A stretch of 41,717 nt of DNA from Dimorphilus gyrociliatus (lineage: Eukaryota; Animalia; Annelida), in assembly GCA_904063045.1 (NCBI GenBank), contig CAJFCJ010000063.1, positions 82,378 to 124,094 of the forward strand. Direction: 5' to 3'. Made by a program: the position numbers and the translations under genes. The notes beneath the pieces are model-generated. The model searched no databases. It saw only the letters and a list, made by a program, of their open reading frames with translations, and was not told the origin of the DNA. Positions 11,116 through 23,927 of this stretch are shown here, one piece after another (the stretch's first letter is position 1; each line of letters opens with the position of its first letter).

Positions 11116-13639
11116 GGTGCAGTGACATTTCGGCCCAGGACAGTTCGGCCCACTTTTGGACATTTCAGCCCATTTTATGACTTTTTGAGTTAATTATGAA
11201 TTAATTACAATAAATAAGAAAAAGCAAATCAATTTTAAAATTAATAAAAAATATAATAAGTAATATAATATAGTAATTCCAGATATGTAAAATAATTATT
11301 ATAAAATTCAAAATATTTTCAGAATAATGGATACCAGTTTTCCTTATTTCTGAAGTATATTTTACATTGTTTTACAATTTCCTTTTCCTGTTTTGAGAAA
11401 AAGTAGAAAGCATATTTCTTTTCTTCATTTATCATAGAAGCTTCAATAGAAATTACAACATGAATTTGAAAAACTGTTGGAAGTGTGGATTAAGATTTCA
11501 TTGTACACAAAGAAAATTCAGATGCCAGTTGTGCAGACATATTATCATACAAAGTGTTCAAAATGTAAGTAAACTCTGTAACTTTCTCAGGTATAATGCT
11601 ATATCACCTATATATTAAGATGCAGATTATTGTCCTGATTGTCATGATGTCAGCAAACAAAAATTATTTATTAAATTAAAGAAAATAGATAATTATCATC
11701 AGAGTAAATTCATCCAGAATATGATGAAACTGTTGTTAATTTAGAATCATCAATGAATAATACAAGTGAAATGAATACAAATCAGGTAATTTCATTTGTT
11801 CAAAGATATTATTATTTCACCATAAATTTTAACAGTTAAGACTTTCCTTTGACTTCAATTCACCTGAATCACCAAACAATGAAAAAGAGTTGAACTTTCC
11901 TGAACATGACAAGACATGGCAAAGAGAGTTGATATAAGTGATGAAACTTCATTTGAGATGGATAAGCAGTATAACATCATGGAAAAAGAAAGAAAGAGAT
12001 GATTTCAAAATAGTTGTAGGTGGAAGTACAAAAAATAAAGACTTACTTCTACACAAAAACTGTTCATATTCTGTAAAAAGAAAAACTGAAAGTTCAATCA
12101 CCTGGAGATATACTCAGAGATATGCCAAAGCTCCTTGTCCTGCATACATATTACAAAAGGGATCAAAGTTCATTGTAAAAAATGAAAACCATCTTCATAA
12201 ATTGCATAAAAACATAGAAAGTGTTCTTCAATCAAGAATGGACTTAAAAGAAATGGCAACTGAGTAAAAGACCAAAAGATCCAAGACATTTAGATTGAAA
12301 AAAAAAAAAAAAAAAAAACTGAGTAAAAGACCAAAGCATCCAAGACATTTAGATTTTGAAATAAATCTGGATGAAGTTCCAATTGATTTCTTATTGAGAG
12401 ATATAAAAGAAAAGAAAAATCATTGTATTATAATTGGCACAAATCATCAAATAGAATTACTGGAATGTTGTAAAATTTGGTTCATTGATGCAACTTTTAA
12501 AGTTGTCAGAGATCCATTTTATCAACTGTTTTCAATTCATGGATTCTTGAAAAAACATGATGAATATCAACAGGTTCCATTGGTCTATGTTCTGATGAGT
12601 AGCAAGAAGAAAAGCTGTTAAATTGCTGTACTTCAGGTTTGAGATATTTCAGTATTTTTATCACTTTTAATTTATCATTTTTCATTTGAAAATAGGAGAT
12701 AAGAAAATTAATCAATGATAAAACTCCCAGAAAATGTGTGCCTGATTTTGAAAAGGCTATATGGATGGCACTTAAAGAGCAATTTCCCAATTCTGACCTT
12801 CAAGGATGCTCTTTTCATTTCAAACAAGCAGTTTTGAGGAACATACAGGTAGATTAAACAATCATATAAAGAAAATAATTAAATACTTATTTTATTAGAA
12901 ACTTGGATACATTACTGATTATAAAGAAAATGGGTACAAAGGAAAAATGTTACAAAAATTGATGTGTTTGGCATATCTGCCTTCAAATTTTATTGAACAA
13001 ATGTTTGTCCAACTAAAAGAAGAACTTTGTGAAAAGAAATTGTTTACAGATTTGCTTGAATATATAGAAGTAACATTCATGAAAAGCAGTACTTGGCCTC
13101 CTCAATTCTGGTCTGTTTATCAATTAATTGTGAGAACAAACAATCATGTTGAGGCATGGCATTCCAGACTAAACAAAAATTTGAAAATGGATGAGAAATT
13201 TTATTCTCTAATAAAAGAATTGAAAAGAGAAGCTGAATTAGCAGAGATCTTTGAAAAGTTATTGTCTGAAAAAAAGTTGAGAAAAATATAGAAGAAGAAG
13301 TATAAAGATTTAGAATTTAAAATATTGCAGTTGTGGAGTAATTTGAAGAAAGAGAATTGAGTTTGGATGAATTATTGGATAGACTTGTTGATTTAAATAT
13401 CTGTTAAAATTTGTTATTTCTTGTTCTGCATTTTAGTTATTAAACTTAACACTCCTATTTGTAAATTGTTTTTTATATTAAAAAAATAAACATAATTGTT
13501 CACAAAATAAAAATTATATTTGTCATATTTATCAATTCATAAGTACTAAACCTATCTTCAAGTGAGACACAATGCCTTTAGTATGATTACCTTAGAATGG
13601 GCCGAAATGTCCAAAAGTGGGCCGAAATGTCCTGACCCC
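11116..13639 (+). mobile_element. Full-length degenerate MULE element E3 (different subfamily)
   Basis: Inverted GACATTTCGGCCCAC arrays at both ends; PHD-like 5' exon, FLYWCH-like 11938-12267, WFIDATFK, GCSFHFKQA and RTNNHVEAWH; multiple stops and frameshifts. Confidence 0.92.
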
Positions 13640-14130
13640 ATTCTTTGAGCATAACAGATTTGCATTATGGAATTAATAATGGAACAAACAATATAGAAAA
13701 AATGCATGTCAAACTTGTTACATCTTATTCAAAAACAGATGCAGAAGAGGCAAGCTTGTTTTTGCTGTGCCACATGTTAGCCAGAAGTGATGCAATAGTT
13801 TTTCATGTCTTTGTTATGGATGGGGGTGTGAACGTACCCATGGCGGGTTGAAGCCTACCTTAATATATCTGAAATTGAGTGTAATATCTGTGTTTTTTAT
13901 ATTCCCTAACCCTAAATTGGAGCCCCTCTAACAATAAATTCATCCAAATATTCAAACTAACCCTTTCCTAAAATGTTTTCATGGTTGGAAATATTTGCTA
14001 ACAGGTATGTTTGCACCCAACCCCCTTTGTTATATGTTCATTGTGAGACTGTTACATTTCAACTTTGTAATCTTTTGACCAAGTGAACCCAAGCTTTGGT
14101 AAATGTATAAAAGGAAATACATTTCCCCAG

Positions 14131-14401
14131 TTTGGCAGTTCAGTTCTTTAATGGTTAACTGATTGTTTGAACTTGCTGGTTTGGAACTAGAAGCTCATTT
14201 ACTCAATGCATATTCTTTAACTAAAATACTGGCATTTTGTTGATTAATTTCTACCAAAATTACATTTTTTATAACTACTTGTGGACAAACTTGGAAGGTT
14301 CTGTTGGGACCAGTACTTTGGCAGATTGGTAAATGATTGGAAAGGATGAATACTGTTCAGAAGAAGCGGAAATTCCTACAATTACAATACGACAAAGTAC
14401 A
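14131..14401 (+). mobile_element. LTR 3'-portion fragment
   Basis: Diverged copy of 23597-23866 ending in CAAAGTACA; it interrupts the B-box gene. Confidence 0.7.
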
Positions 14402-14773
14402 GAAAAAGTTCTACATTTCTCATGATTTTCATCAAAACACAAAACACATAAGTTTTCCATGTCATGTGTTTGACAATACAACAATGACTCCTCATCATGA
14501 TTATTGCATGTACTTTTCATCTTTCTTTGACTTTCATTTGAATGTTCAAGTTGATTTTTTTTGTAGTTGATAAATTTGGCAAAAAGTTATTTTGATTGTT
14601 TTCCTGCATACTGGATAGGAAATATGTGTATTTCTAACTTTTAATTGTTTTATACATTTAAAACAACATGTATGTTGACAAGGAAAAATTCTACAATCAT
14701 TTCTTAATCAAGAACCCAAACAAAGTGCACATTGAAATTCATTTTGGTTGTTAAAATATCCTGCAACAGCCAT
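14402..14773 (-). pseudogene. TRIM-like RING plus B-box pseudogene
   Basis: MAVAG..CALC..*..FPCQHTCCF(fs)CIKQ..YPVCRK, then CNNHDEESLLYCQTHDMENLCVLCFDENHEKC; contains an in-frame TGA and a frameshift. Confidence 0.8.
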
Positions 14774-15880
14774 TTTGATTATGTGCAGCAATATTTATAT
14801 TCTTATTTTCACTTTCAAATATTTCAAATAAGTTGCTTTAATTATCTGGTTAAATTTGTGATATTTTATGAAAAAGTTAATATTTAAATTTTTAAAATTA
14901 ATGATATTTTGGGCATTTGATCAATATTTTAAATGATTTTTGCTAAAACCTAGCGACGAACTATTATTTGAATATAATACTCAAATTAAAATGATTGCAT
15001 TGGTCTGCTTAGCTAAATTGTACGTTCGTATTTCAAAAGTACTGATCAATTTAAAGCAATTAATAAATATTTAAATTCAATGATTTTTTCAAAATAAGAT
15101 ATTTAAAGAAGTCAGTTATATAAGAGTTTACTGCTGAGCATTGGGTTTTCATTGTTTGAAGTGAATACCTGCATATTGTTTTTCAGCAGTGACAGCATTG
15201 AATTTCTTCTACCTGCAATAGAATCTTTTACTGCAGTTGATGGAAACAGATGTCTTGGAGGTTGTCAACAACACCCACTCTTTTGTGGTTTTACCTTAAC
15301 CATAATCCAGCCGTGGACCCTATTAATAAAGTGCTTTGTTGTTCTTACTCATTAGTTTAAACTCACCTCTTAACAAATCAATTGCTTTAATATTTTTCCT
15401 AGCCCAAAATCACCCAAAAAGAATTTAAATAAATCAATGTTAGACAAACAATAAACAGTGTAAAAGGCTGGATTTGGCCTTGATGAAAAGAAAGAAGCTT
15501 ATAGTTATAAGTTTCATTGAACAGAGGCAAAAATGAGGTATACAGTTTTTCAAAAACTGCTAAAAGCTTTTGATTGATATGAATTATAATTTTCAGTTTA
15601 CTACTTACACATTCTAAAAGAAAGCAGTATTTATTTTACCAAAATTATACTACAGATAGCAGTTAATAAAGTAGAATTGATTCATAAATTTGAGTTTTAA
15701 GAATTTTACTTTTAACATGTCAATAATTGTCTCTCTTCACAAATATTATCCTTTAACACTAATTGATTTCTTAATGAAGTACAAACAATTAAACATACAT
15801 ATTCCTTTATAATAATAGGTAATTTCATGTTGGTGGTAAATTTTCTTCAAATTGTGGCCGAAAATTTCCTATAAGCAGAA

Positions 15881-17045
15881 ATGAAAAGCCTAATTTTAAT
15901 AGGCATTATTACGAATTTTATGATTGAATATCACGTCTTGGCAGAGTTATGGGAAAATCGTGAAGTTTTGCTTGAAAGGAGTAAATATCTTTTTTAAATC
16001 TATAAATGGATATATTTTTAAAACTTTACTATCTCTTTTTAGCTCGTCATTTATTTATACTGACAAATTATAAAATGAGAAAATGTCTTACAGTTCAAAA
16101 TTTGATTTTACATGTTACCGATATCGATGATTTTGAGAAAGTAAATTTGAAAAATGTTAATAGCTCTATATTTAAAATGGATACAGAACATCATATTATA
16201 ATTATATCTAATAATACATGTTTGGATTTGCCTGGTCATATTCCTTATTCTCCTCCATTACCAAAATTAAAAGCACATTATTTATGTGAAGAGCAATCTT
16301 CATTTCCTAATACTGATCAATTGTGGAAAGCTGAAATTTTACCCTCTCATCGATTCAGTTTCGTTTTTCGTAATTTACTGCAGAGTAATCTGTTTGTATT
16401 AAATACTTACTTTATAAATACTTCTCTTTAATCATATATATATATATATATATAAATATATATAATTCTAACTTGTATAGTGTTTTAACTGCGAAGGATG
16501 GTATAAAACTCTCTAATCAAAATATTCCTGAACAAGACGAATTTTGGTCTCTCAGGTCCGTTTGCTTAGGTCAACCATTACAAATTGGTACTTTTTTTTT
16601 ATTTTTAAAGTCTTCACTATGAATATTATTCATTAACTTTTTTTTTTCAGAATATATTCTAGCTGAGAGCAGTTCTATTACTAATAAAGATAAATTAATT
16701 GATGGTAATTCATCAACTTGCCTGAATATACCAAATGAAGAAACAGTCACAGTTTTTTCTATACGTCTCAGTTATAAATCTAATTTCCAATTAGACTTGG
16801 AATGGAACAGCAAAATGAACTGCTCGGAGAAAATATTCGTTTCGACAGAAGTTAAAGAAGATAGTTCATATCGTGAATTAAAATTATGTACACATATTAA
16901 TAAAAGTTCATTGAATTCTACTTGTTCTTGGATGTGTTCAGATGTAATAGAACACATGCCAATTGGAGTATGCATGACTGTTTTATTACACATTTGGCCT
17001 GAACCAAGCGACAATTTACAATTTTGTGAATTAATTTTTAAATAA
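15881..17045 (+). CDS. Four-exon secreted protein with a C-terminal galactose-binding/F5-8-like domain
   Basis: Signal-peptide-like MKSLILIGIITNF. Exons 15881-15980, 16043-about 16391, about 16481-16588 and 16651-17045 have compatible phases. The last exon has LIDGNSSTC ... LQFCELIFK*. Confidence 0.65.
16433..16463. repeat. (TA)n microsatellite (intronic)
   Basis: Read directly. Confidence 0.9.
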
Positions 17046-18125
17046 GAAATGAAAACAGACAAATAATGACGAAATACAAAATAAGCATCTGAAATAGTAA
17101 TAGTTTTTAAAAAATGTTGAAATATAATCTACAAGCACAATAAATGCCTGATTTTGATGTATAAGTTCTTTAAACAAAACTGCCCACTACTTAATCAAGT
17201 TATAGATAAACTATTGAACTAATTAACAATTATAAACTGAGTTTTGTAAGACCTTTGGTACTAAATTCCTTTTTATTATTTAGTATACATAGACATTCTT
17301 TACAATTTGAAATAGATTAAGCACACTAATGCTTCTCTCTGTCTAAATTTGCTCCAATTAACATCCATTAATTAAAGAAAGAGTCAGTTTATAATCCATA
17401 TCCTCTACAAATATTAAAGAATTTGCTTCAATTATGCTTACCATTTATCATAATAGTACAAATATTTTATTATCAATTCAATTATGTGGCAGAGTTAATG
17501 TGTGTTGAGGAAAGGGAGTGAGTGTCGTCGTCCTAAAGAGGGATGGTGACTTGATATTACATTCTTACTAGGTCAAGATCAACATGACTCTCATCAACTC
17601 AGGTGAGTAGAATCAAAAAAATCCATAAAAATGACAAAATGAATTTGAGAAGTATAAAAGGGGGAAAATATAGCATTTTGTGTTGCAACTCTCTAGCCAT
17701 ATTGAAGAGAAATAGTCAGTCACAACTTAGGAAGATATCTTCCTCACTTAAGCAATGAAATTAATAATTTTCAAAATGTCAATACTGATACAAACCATTA
17801 CTAAAAAAAAGTGTCTTTAACCAATAGACAATTTAATGTTGGACTTGTTGATAAACTTGTAATTTTCCCAATATTTCACCAAATGTGGATTGTTATCAAT
17901 TTATTAGCAACTACAATGTGAAATTGTTCACCAATTTGGTGATCTAATCTGTCTGCAAATTTCTATTCTGGTGAAACTTGGAAGGTGTTTTTGAATTACA
18001 TCACGTAATGCTGTAGAAATTGAATAACAACTGTTATTCAAGTATGATGATAAATTCTTATCAATTGTATCCAAACTATCAATTTTAAATGTTAATTGAA
18101 TAGTTTTTAATGATTAGAAAATCTT

Positions 18126-19560
18126 TTAATATTTCAATAAGAAATCCAAATCAGGTGCATTATCAATATCTAATGATTCAATTATGATTGATGTCAGTTG
18201 ATTTTTAGATGTTTGTAATCCTTGAAAAATTGACTTAAATTCTTTTATAAAATATTTCTCATGACTATTTATAGTAATTTGTTGTAATAATTTACATTCC
18301 TTAAGTAAAATACTAAAATTCTTTGTCTGATCACCATTCAGACAACAATTATGAAGAGTAATATTTAAAAGACAATGGGAAGATGATAATAATCCTTGGC
18401 ATATTTTCTCAAATGCTTTATATAATTGATAATCATGAGCAAATGAGAATTCTCTCAGTGACTTGCATTCTTCAGGTAAATCAGCTAATGAATTTCCTTG
18501 TTCTTCATTTAATTCACATTTGAAAACATCAATAAATTCAAGAGATTTAGATGATGATGATTTTAAATGATCAATTATTAAATAATGTTTAACATTTTGT
18601 GGAAGATAAATTTCTTTCAATGAAATACAATCCTTAACTAAAGAATTCAAATCGATATTTTCATTTTCAACAGTTGGAACAGTTAAATTATTAAATTTAA
18701 TAGTTTGAAGGCTTTCCAATGACGCTTTCAAGCCATTACAAATCATTCCAAATCCTTCACCTAATATTCCATTTCCCATACAGAAAAATTTTTCTAATGA
18801 TCTACATTCTTTGAGTAGATCATTTAAATAATATCATCAATACTACAATGAGAAACATTAATTGATAATAGATTATCGGATGATGATTTTAAACTATTAC
18901 ACAATATTTGAAATACTTCTACAGACATAGAATTCATACTTATATCAATATTTTGCAGTTGAGTACATTCCAAAAGAAAATCACTTAAATAGGAAATTTT
19001 TTGACCATTTAGGCAACAGTTTGAAAAATTAATAGATAAAAGTTATCCAGATGACATTTTTAATCTCCCCTAAGGGTTAGTGGTCATGGGAAAGGTTAGG
19101 TACAGCTAAGGGCTGGGTTAGGGTAAAAGCACCAATTTATGGACATTTTCTGTCGCTTCCGTAAATATCTTTTAAATGTTTACAATCTTTAAATAAATTT
19201 GCTAAAACAAAACCCTGATCATCAGTTTCTGAATTAATATGAATTTTTTGTAAAGAATTTGATGAGTTTTTTTTCAATGAATTACAAATTGATTCAAAAT
19301 CTTTGGAATTCAATTTTGGCATTCTTAAATTCAATTCTTGCAATGATTTATATTCATTGAATAGATTTCTTAAAAGTATAACATTTTGAAATGTAAATGA
19401 AGAAAAGTTAATAATTTTCAATGTTTTTGAACATGAATTCAATCCATTAAATATTTTCAACCAATTATCATCATCATCATCTCTAACACTTTTACAGTAA
19501 TTGATATTAATTTCTTTTAAGCATTTACATTTCGTCAATAAATTACCTAATATATCACTT
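18126..19560 (-). pseudogene. RNI-like LRR array (NLR-type), interrupted by a MITE and frameshifts
   Basis: Repeated F..IC.GL.SS..SL..I.F..C.LN units in ORFs 18126-18779 and 19137-19706. Confidence 0.8.
19066..19160. mobile_element. Truncated MULE-derived MITE
   Basis: Ends GGACATTTTCTGTCGCTTCC and is the reverse-complement homolog of 23930-24020. Confidence 0.65.
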
Positions 19561-19966
19561 CCGGTACTAGTAATTAAACAATTGGAGATTGTTAAACTTT
19601 CCAGTGAAACAATTTTTCTTGTAGAAAATCCCAATATAGACGCACGCTGTCTATTTATAGAATACGGTGGAAAACGTTCAAATCCTTGATTCAAAATGGC
19701 CACCATATTCTATAGTTCTGTATATTTACAATACTGATACTGTTGCCTAGAGACACTCCAGTCAAATACATTTCAACTATATAGACAGAGTCTATCTATA
19801 TTGGGATTTTCTACAATTACTGTTTATTATTGAACACTTGATTAAAATTTTACATTTTTCAAAAATAAAATAAAATACAATAAGGAAAATATATAGAAAA
19901 ATTAAATCAATGAATTTTTTTCAATTTCATCTTCATAAAGGAGTTGGTATTTTTTTTGTTTTTTAC

Positions 19967-20066
19967 TGTACACATACAATAGATAAGTAGTATTGAACCA
20001 GTATTGTACTGTGCAGATAGCACTGATAAAGATAAACAGTATTGACCTAGTCTTGAGTAGGGCAGT
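19967..20066 (+). mobile_element. LTR 5'-end fragment
   Basis: Starts TGTACACATAC and matches 22963-23080 with a deletion. Confidence 0.7.
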
Positions 20067-20349
20067 ACATATTTTATTAATGGTAAAATTTGGAAGCAAA
20101 ATTTTTATTCTGTCCCTACCAACTTTTTCTCAGAACAAACAATAATGTTGAGGGTTTGGCATACAAGGGGCAAAATGTCCAGGTGTGAAATGTCTTGGAA
20201 TCATTTCACTGATTGTTAGAGGAACTAAACTATCAACTGTTAACTTTGTAGAGCTGATATACTCTTTAAAGTTTGGATAGCTTAATAGATTTATGTATTG
20301 TAATAAATAATTTGAAAAAATAGAAAAAAGCAATTGTTTCATTTAAATT

Positions 20350-21023
20350 TCATTTCCAAGACCTTTGTTTTATTTTAGAACAAAGTTTTACCAGAGATCT
20401 CAGCCCTAAAAATTGTTCTGGTTGTAAATCAACACTTGTTAAATGAAGATTTTTCAAAGAGTTTGATGATTTCTGAAGTCCTTCACAAATATTCAAAAAT
20501 CCTTTTTTCATATTTTTATTCCATGATAGATTCATTGTTTCTATTATGGAACAATGTTTTAGCAAATTTCCAGTTACTATACTTTGTTCTTCATTTTCCA
20601 AAAGTGTTTGATGAACTTTGAAGTCCTTCGCAGATACTCAACACTCCCTTTCCCATATGTATATTAGAAAAAAGATATATTGTTTCAATTGTTGAACAAT
20701 GTTTCAGGAATTTTCCAATCTTTGTACTTTGTTGTATATTTAAATTACATTCAAATAATTTCAGACTTTTCAAAGTCTTTGATGAACTAAGAAGTCCTTC
20801 ACAAATATTCAAAAATCTTTGGCTTTTGAATTTTATTTAAATAGTTATTTTGTTTTTTGATGTTTTGTCTGCATTGTGGACAGCTTAGTTCATGATTTTC
20901 CATTTTCAATTGTTGAATACATCCAAAACAATAGGTATGCTGACATGGTAGTATTGTTGTATCTTTTCCCACCAAGTATTTCAAACATATTGAACATTTA
21001 AGTTCTTTTTCATTGATCATCAT
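20350..21023 (-). pseudogene. C3HC4 RING joined to RNI-like LRRs, frameshifted
   Basis: CSIC..LPCQHTYCFGC..CPQCR (20799-21023) runs into LRRs with a 171-nt (57-aa) period; a ~26-nt deletion near 20600 shifts the frame. Confidence 0.8.
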
Positions 21024-21029
21024 TGTTTG

Positions 21030-21041
21030 GCCGCCATTTTG
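21030..21041 (-). promoter_or_regulatory. YY1-type motif GCCGCCATTTTG just upstream of the RING ORF
   Basis: Exact match to the YY1 consensus in otherwise very AT-rich DNA; similar GCCATTTTG at the start of the paralogous RING at 14773. Confidence 0.35.
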
Positions 21042-21629
21042 AAACCATGGCTTTTTTTCGTTTTACTTTTAGCTATATTGGTAGCTAAGGGTTGTGTTTT
21101 TATTTTGTGGAATTTCAAATTTTTTTAATATGTGATCAATTTTATGATTCAAAGGAATTGATTAAGTATCTTTTCCCGTAATTTAAGGCTGTACCAAGGT
21201 ATTACTAAAACATGGACTGATCTGATAAATGTAAGGAAAATATGAAATTAATGTCAAATAGTGTGCTTTGTGCTCAGTTTTAATTTAAGAAGAATTCATT
21301 AATAGAATAATACAATACCTTACCTATTTCAACATTGATGTCACAATAACAGATGTCTAAATGTTTCAAATTTATTGATAAATTTTCCACAGTTATAATA
21401 ATGTTTGGAAATGAATCATTTCCCTGATATAAAGCGGAATCTATGAATAATTGGATTTAAAAAAAAAAAAACAATTCAACTATTCAATTGCTGTGGTTGG
21501 ACCCATGGTATGAATCACGCTTCCGTGATTATTGCTCTGAATCATTCAATCTAGTTATATATATGCTTAAATTTTCTTTTTATCTTGTTGCCTAACGGAT
21601 TGAAACAACCTAAATTATCAGAAGGAAAT

Positions 21630-21827
21630 GAACACTGAAAAGCCATTTGATCTGGTCAAATCTGCAAGCATAATACAGTAAATATACTGCTTCTACCTTG
21701 CACTCATGTGATTATATGCAGAACATGCTTGCAAAGTCTATGGAAATCAGAGTGTCCATCTTGTAGAAAGCCATTTATTGGATTTAAAAGTATTCTTTTG
21801 GATTTGAAAAGCCTAAAATTGTTTTAA
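21630..21827 (+). pseudogene. IAP/Mdm2-type (C3HC4_3) RING remnant, not in the ORF track
   Basis: Restoring one T at about 21654 gives DLCQICKHNTVNILLLPCTHVIICRTCLQSLWKSECPSCRKP. Confidence 0.65.
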
Positions 21828-21928
21828 AGTGAAAATGTAAAAGAAGAAAAAACATTTTTTAGTGTTTACATATCTATATTAGAAATTAATTGGTACTAAA
21901 TTTCTGTCTTCCTAAACTGCGTTCTACT

Positions 21929-22135
21929 GGGCTGACAGAAAAAGTCCCCAAGTGAGATATTTGAAATTAGATTAAAAAAAGGGTTAGGAGGAACAAAGTA
22001 ACCATTGATTTGTAGTTAGGGGAGGGGGGGGGGTTCATCTAAGAGTTAGGGGTAATCAAAATGGTTAGAGAGAGACAAGGGCTAGGTTAGAGTTAGGGTT
22101 AAGCCATGCATTTGGGGAGATTTTCTGTCGTATTC
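21929..22135. mobile_element. MULE-derived MITE with both ends
   Basis: GGGCTGACAGAAAA ... TTTTCTGTCGTATTC; the right end matches the E1/E2 GAATACGACAGAAAA end. Confidence 0.75.
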
Positions 22136-22962
22136 ACTTTGTACTTATCATTTTTTCTATATTCTATTAATTAATATAATTCAAATTTTTTGTGTCCTTG
22201 CAAGTTAGATTGCCAAGTAAGTTTTTTAAGCAATTTGTAAGTATAGTAATAATAAACAATAAATGTTATCCAATTATAAGAGATTGTTAGACTATTTTAC
22301 CATCATGTTATAGATTTATAGATTTTTCAACATTTCAGTTTAAATGACAGCTGTTAGAAATTAGCTAAGAGCTGAAGTAGAGAATGGTAACATAAGGTAA
22401 TGTTAAACTATTAAAATTTAATACTACAGGGAACCATACTATTCATATTAAATGCTTAGTATTCACTCTCGGCCAAAAATATCCATACATGGAAAAAAAA
22501 ATTTTTTTCAGAAACTCATTTTTCTCTAATTTTAAGGAATAAAATATTTTTTATTAAATTGAATTATATTGTTTAAAGGGTATTCTATGTAATTTATATT
22601 TATTTATTTTGGCTTTTTAGAGTACCTTTTTTTTTTTAACTATAGACAACAAGTATTGTTTGCAATTAAATTATATGATTTAAAAGCGGCCATAAATCTC
22701 CATATAAATATGTTTTTGGTTTAAAATATTAGTAGAACATTCGAATATAGAAGACAATTGATTCAACATCTTTGTCAAAATGAAATATCAATCATAAAAA
22801 CCCCTATGACCTACAAAGAACTTGAGGCAGACTTGAATATCCCAAGATCTTCACTCCAGTACACCTGTGAGAACAAAAGAGAAGGAGAACCAGACAGGAG
22901 GGGAAGACCACCCTAAGTGGATGAAAGAACAAAGTGTCTGGGTTAGAGGGTTAGAAAGTGTT

Positions 22963-23866
22963 TGTACACATACATTCATCAGCTATATTCTACAATAGAG
23001 AAGTAGTATTGAACCAGTATTGTACTATGCAGATAGCACTGATAAATATAAGCAGTATTGACCTTGTTTCGCATAGGGCAGTGCATACACATTAGGCAGC
23101 AATAAAACCTATTAAATTATATAAAGAATATTTGCTATTTGCAACCTAGCATTAATATTACAATTTATTAATCCATACATTTATGATTTTGAACTAAAAC
23201 TAGTTCAATTAATTATCAATTATGCTTCAATTCTAAGTTTAGATTATATTCACTATTCAACAGTATTGTATACACAATACTGTTCTTCTTAACATGCATT
23301 AATCAGATATACTTCCTCTGCATATGCTGATGCTTGTTAAGGTAGAATATAAAAACAGTCAAATATACAATCTACATGTTTTCTTGATTGTTGCACTTGT
23401 CCTACTAAAATTGTTACATCTTATGCAACTCTCCAACCTGAGAAATTCAACTATTATTTAAAAGAGGAAAACAATAAAAACATGACCATATTTACAACTT
23501 TTCTTTGTCTTCAAATGTTACTTTTGTTTTTGTCAACATTGAAATTTGTCAACTATCAACCCTTAAAAGAGTATATAAACCCTACGAAATTAACAGTTGA
23601 CAGTTCAGTTTTCTAACCATCAGCTAGTTGTTTAAACTAGCTTGTTTAGAACTAGAAGCTCATTTTACTCAATACATATTCTTTGCACGAAATACTCGTG
23701 TTTTGTTGATTAATTTCTACCGAAATTGCCTTTGTTAGACTATTTGTGGACGAACTTTAAAGGTTCTATTTGTGTGAGTACTTTGGCAAGTTGGTAAATG
23801 ATTGGAAAGGACGATTACAGTTGTGACGAACCAGAAATTCCTACAATTACAATACAACAAAGTACA
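22963..23866 (+). mobile_element. Solo LTR copy B (904 bp)
   Basis: TGTAC...GTACA termini; flanks GTGTT/GTGTC (5-bp TSD with one mismatch); AATAAA at 23101. Confidence 0.68.
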
Positions 23867-23927
23867 GTGTCTGATCAAGAGAGAGAGTGTTAGACTATTT
23901 GAAAGAATTGGCAACTGCCAACAAAAT

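Noticed and set aside
12295-12320. Poly-Lys N-terminus (NLS-like) of ORF 12295-12621
   Set aside because: Translation of a poly(A) insertion scar.
19636-19660. Hairpin AATAGAC-N7-GTCTATT as a Helitron 3' end
   Set aside because: No CTRR terminus at the expected distance and no second copy.
21480-21545. Possible BIR remnant (DPWYE..C) and 7-bp hairpin AATCACG/CGTGATT
   Set aside because: Cys/His spacing does not fit without several edits; a 7-bp stem is expected by chance in 42 kb and is not a histone stem-loop.
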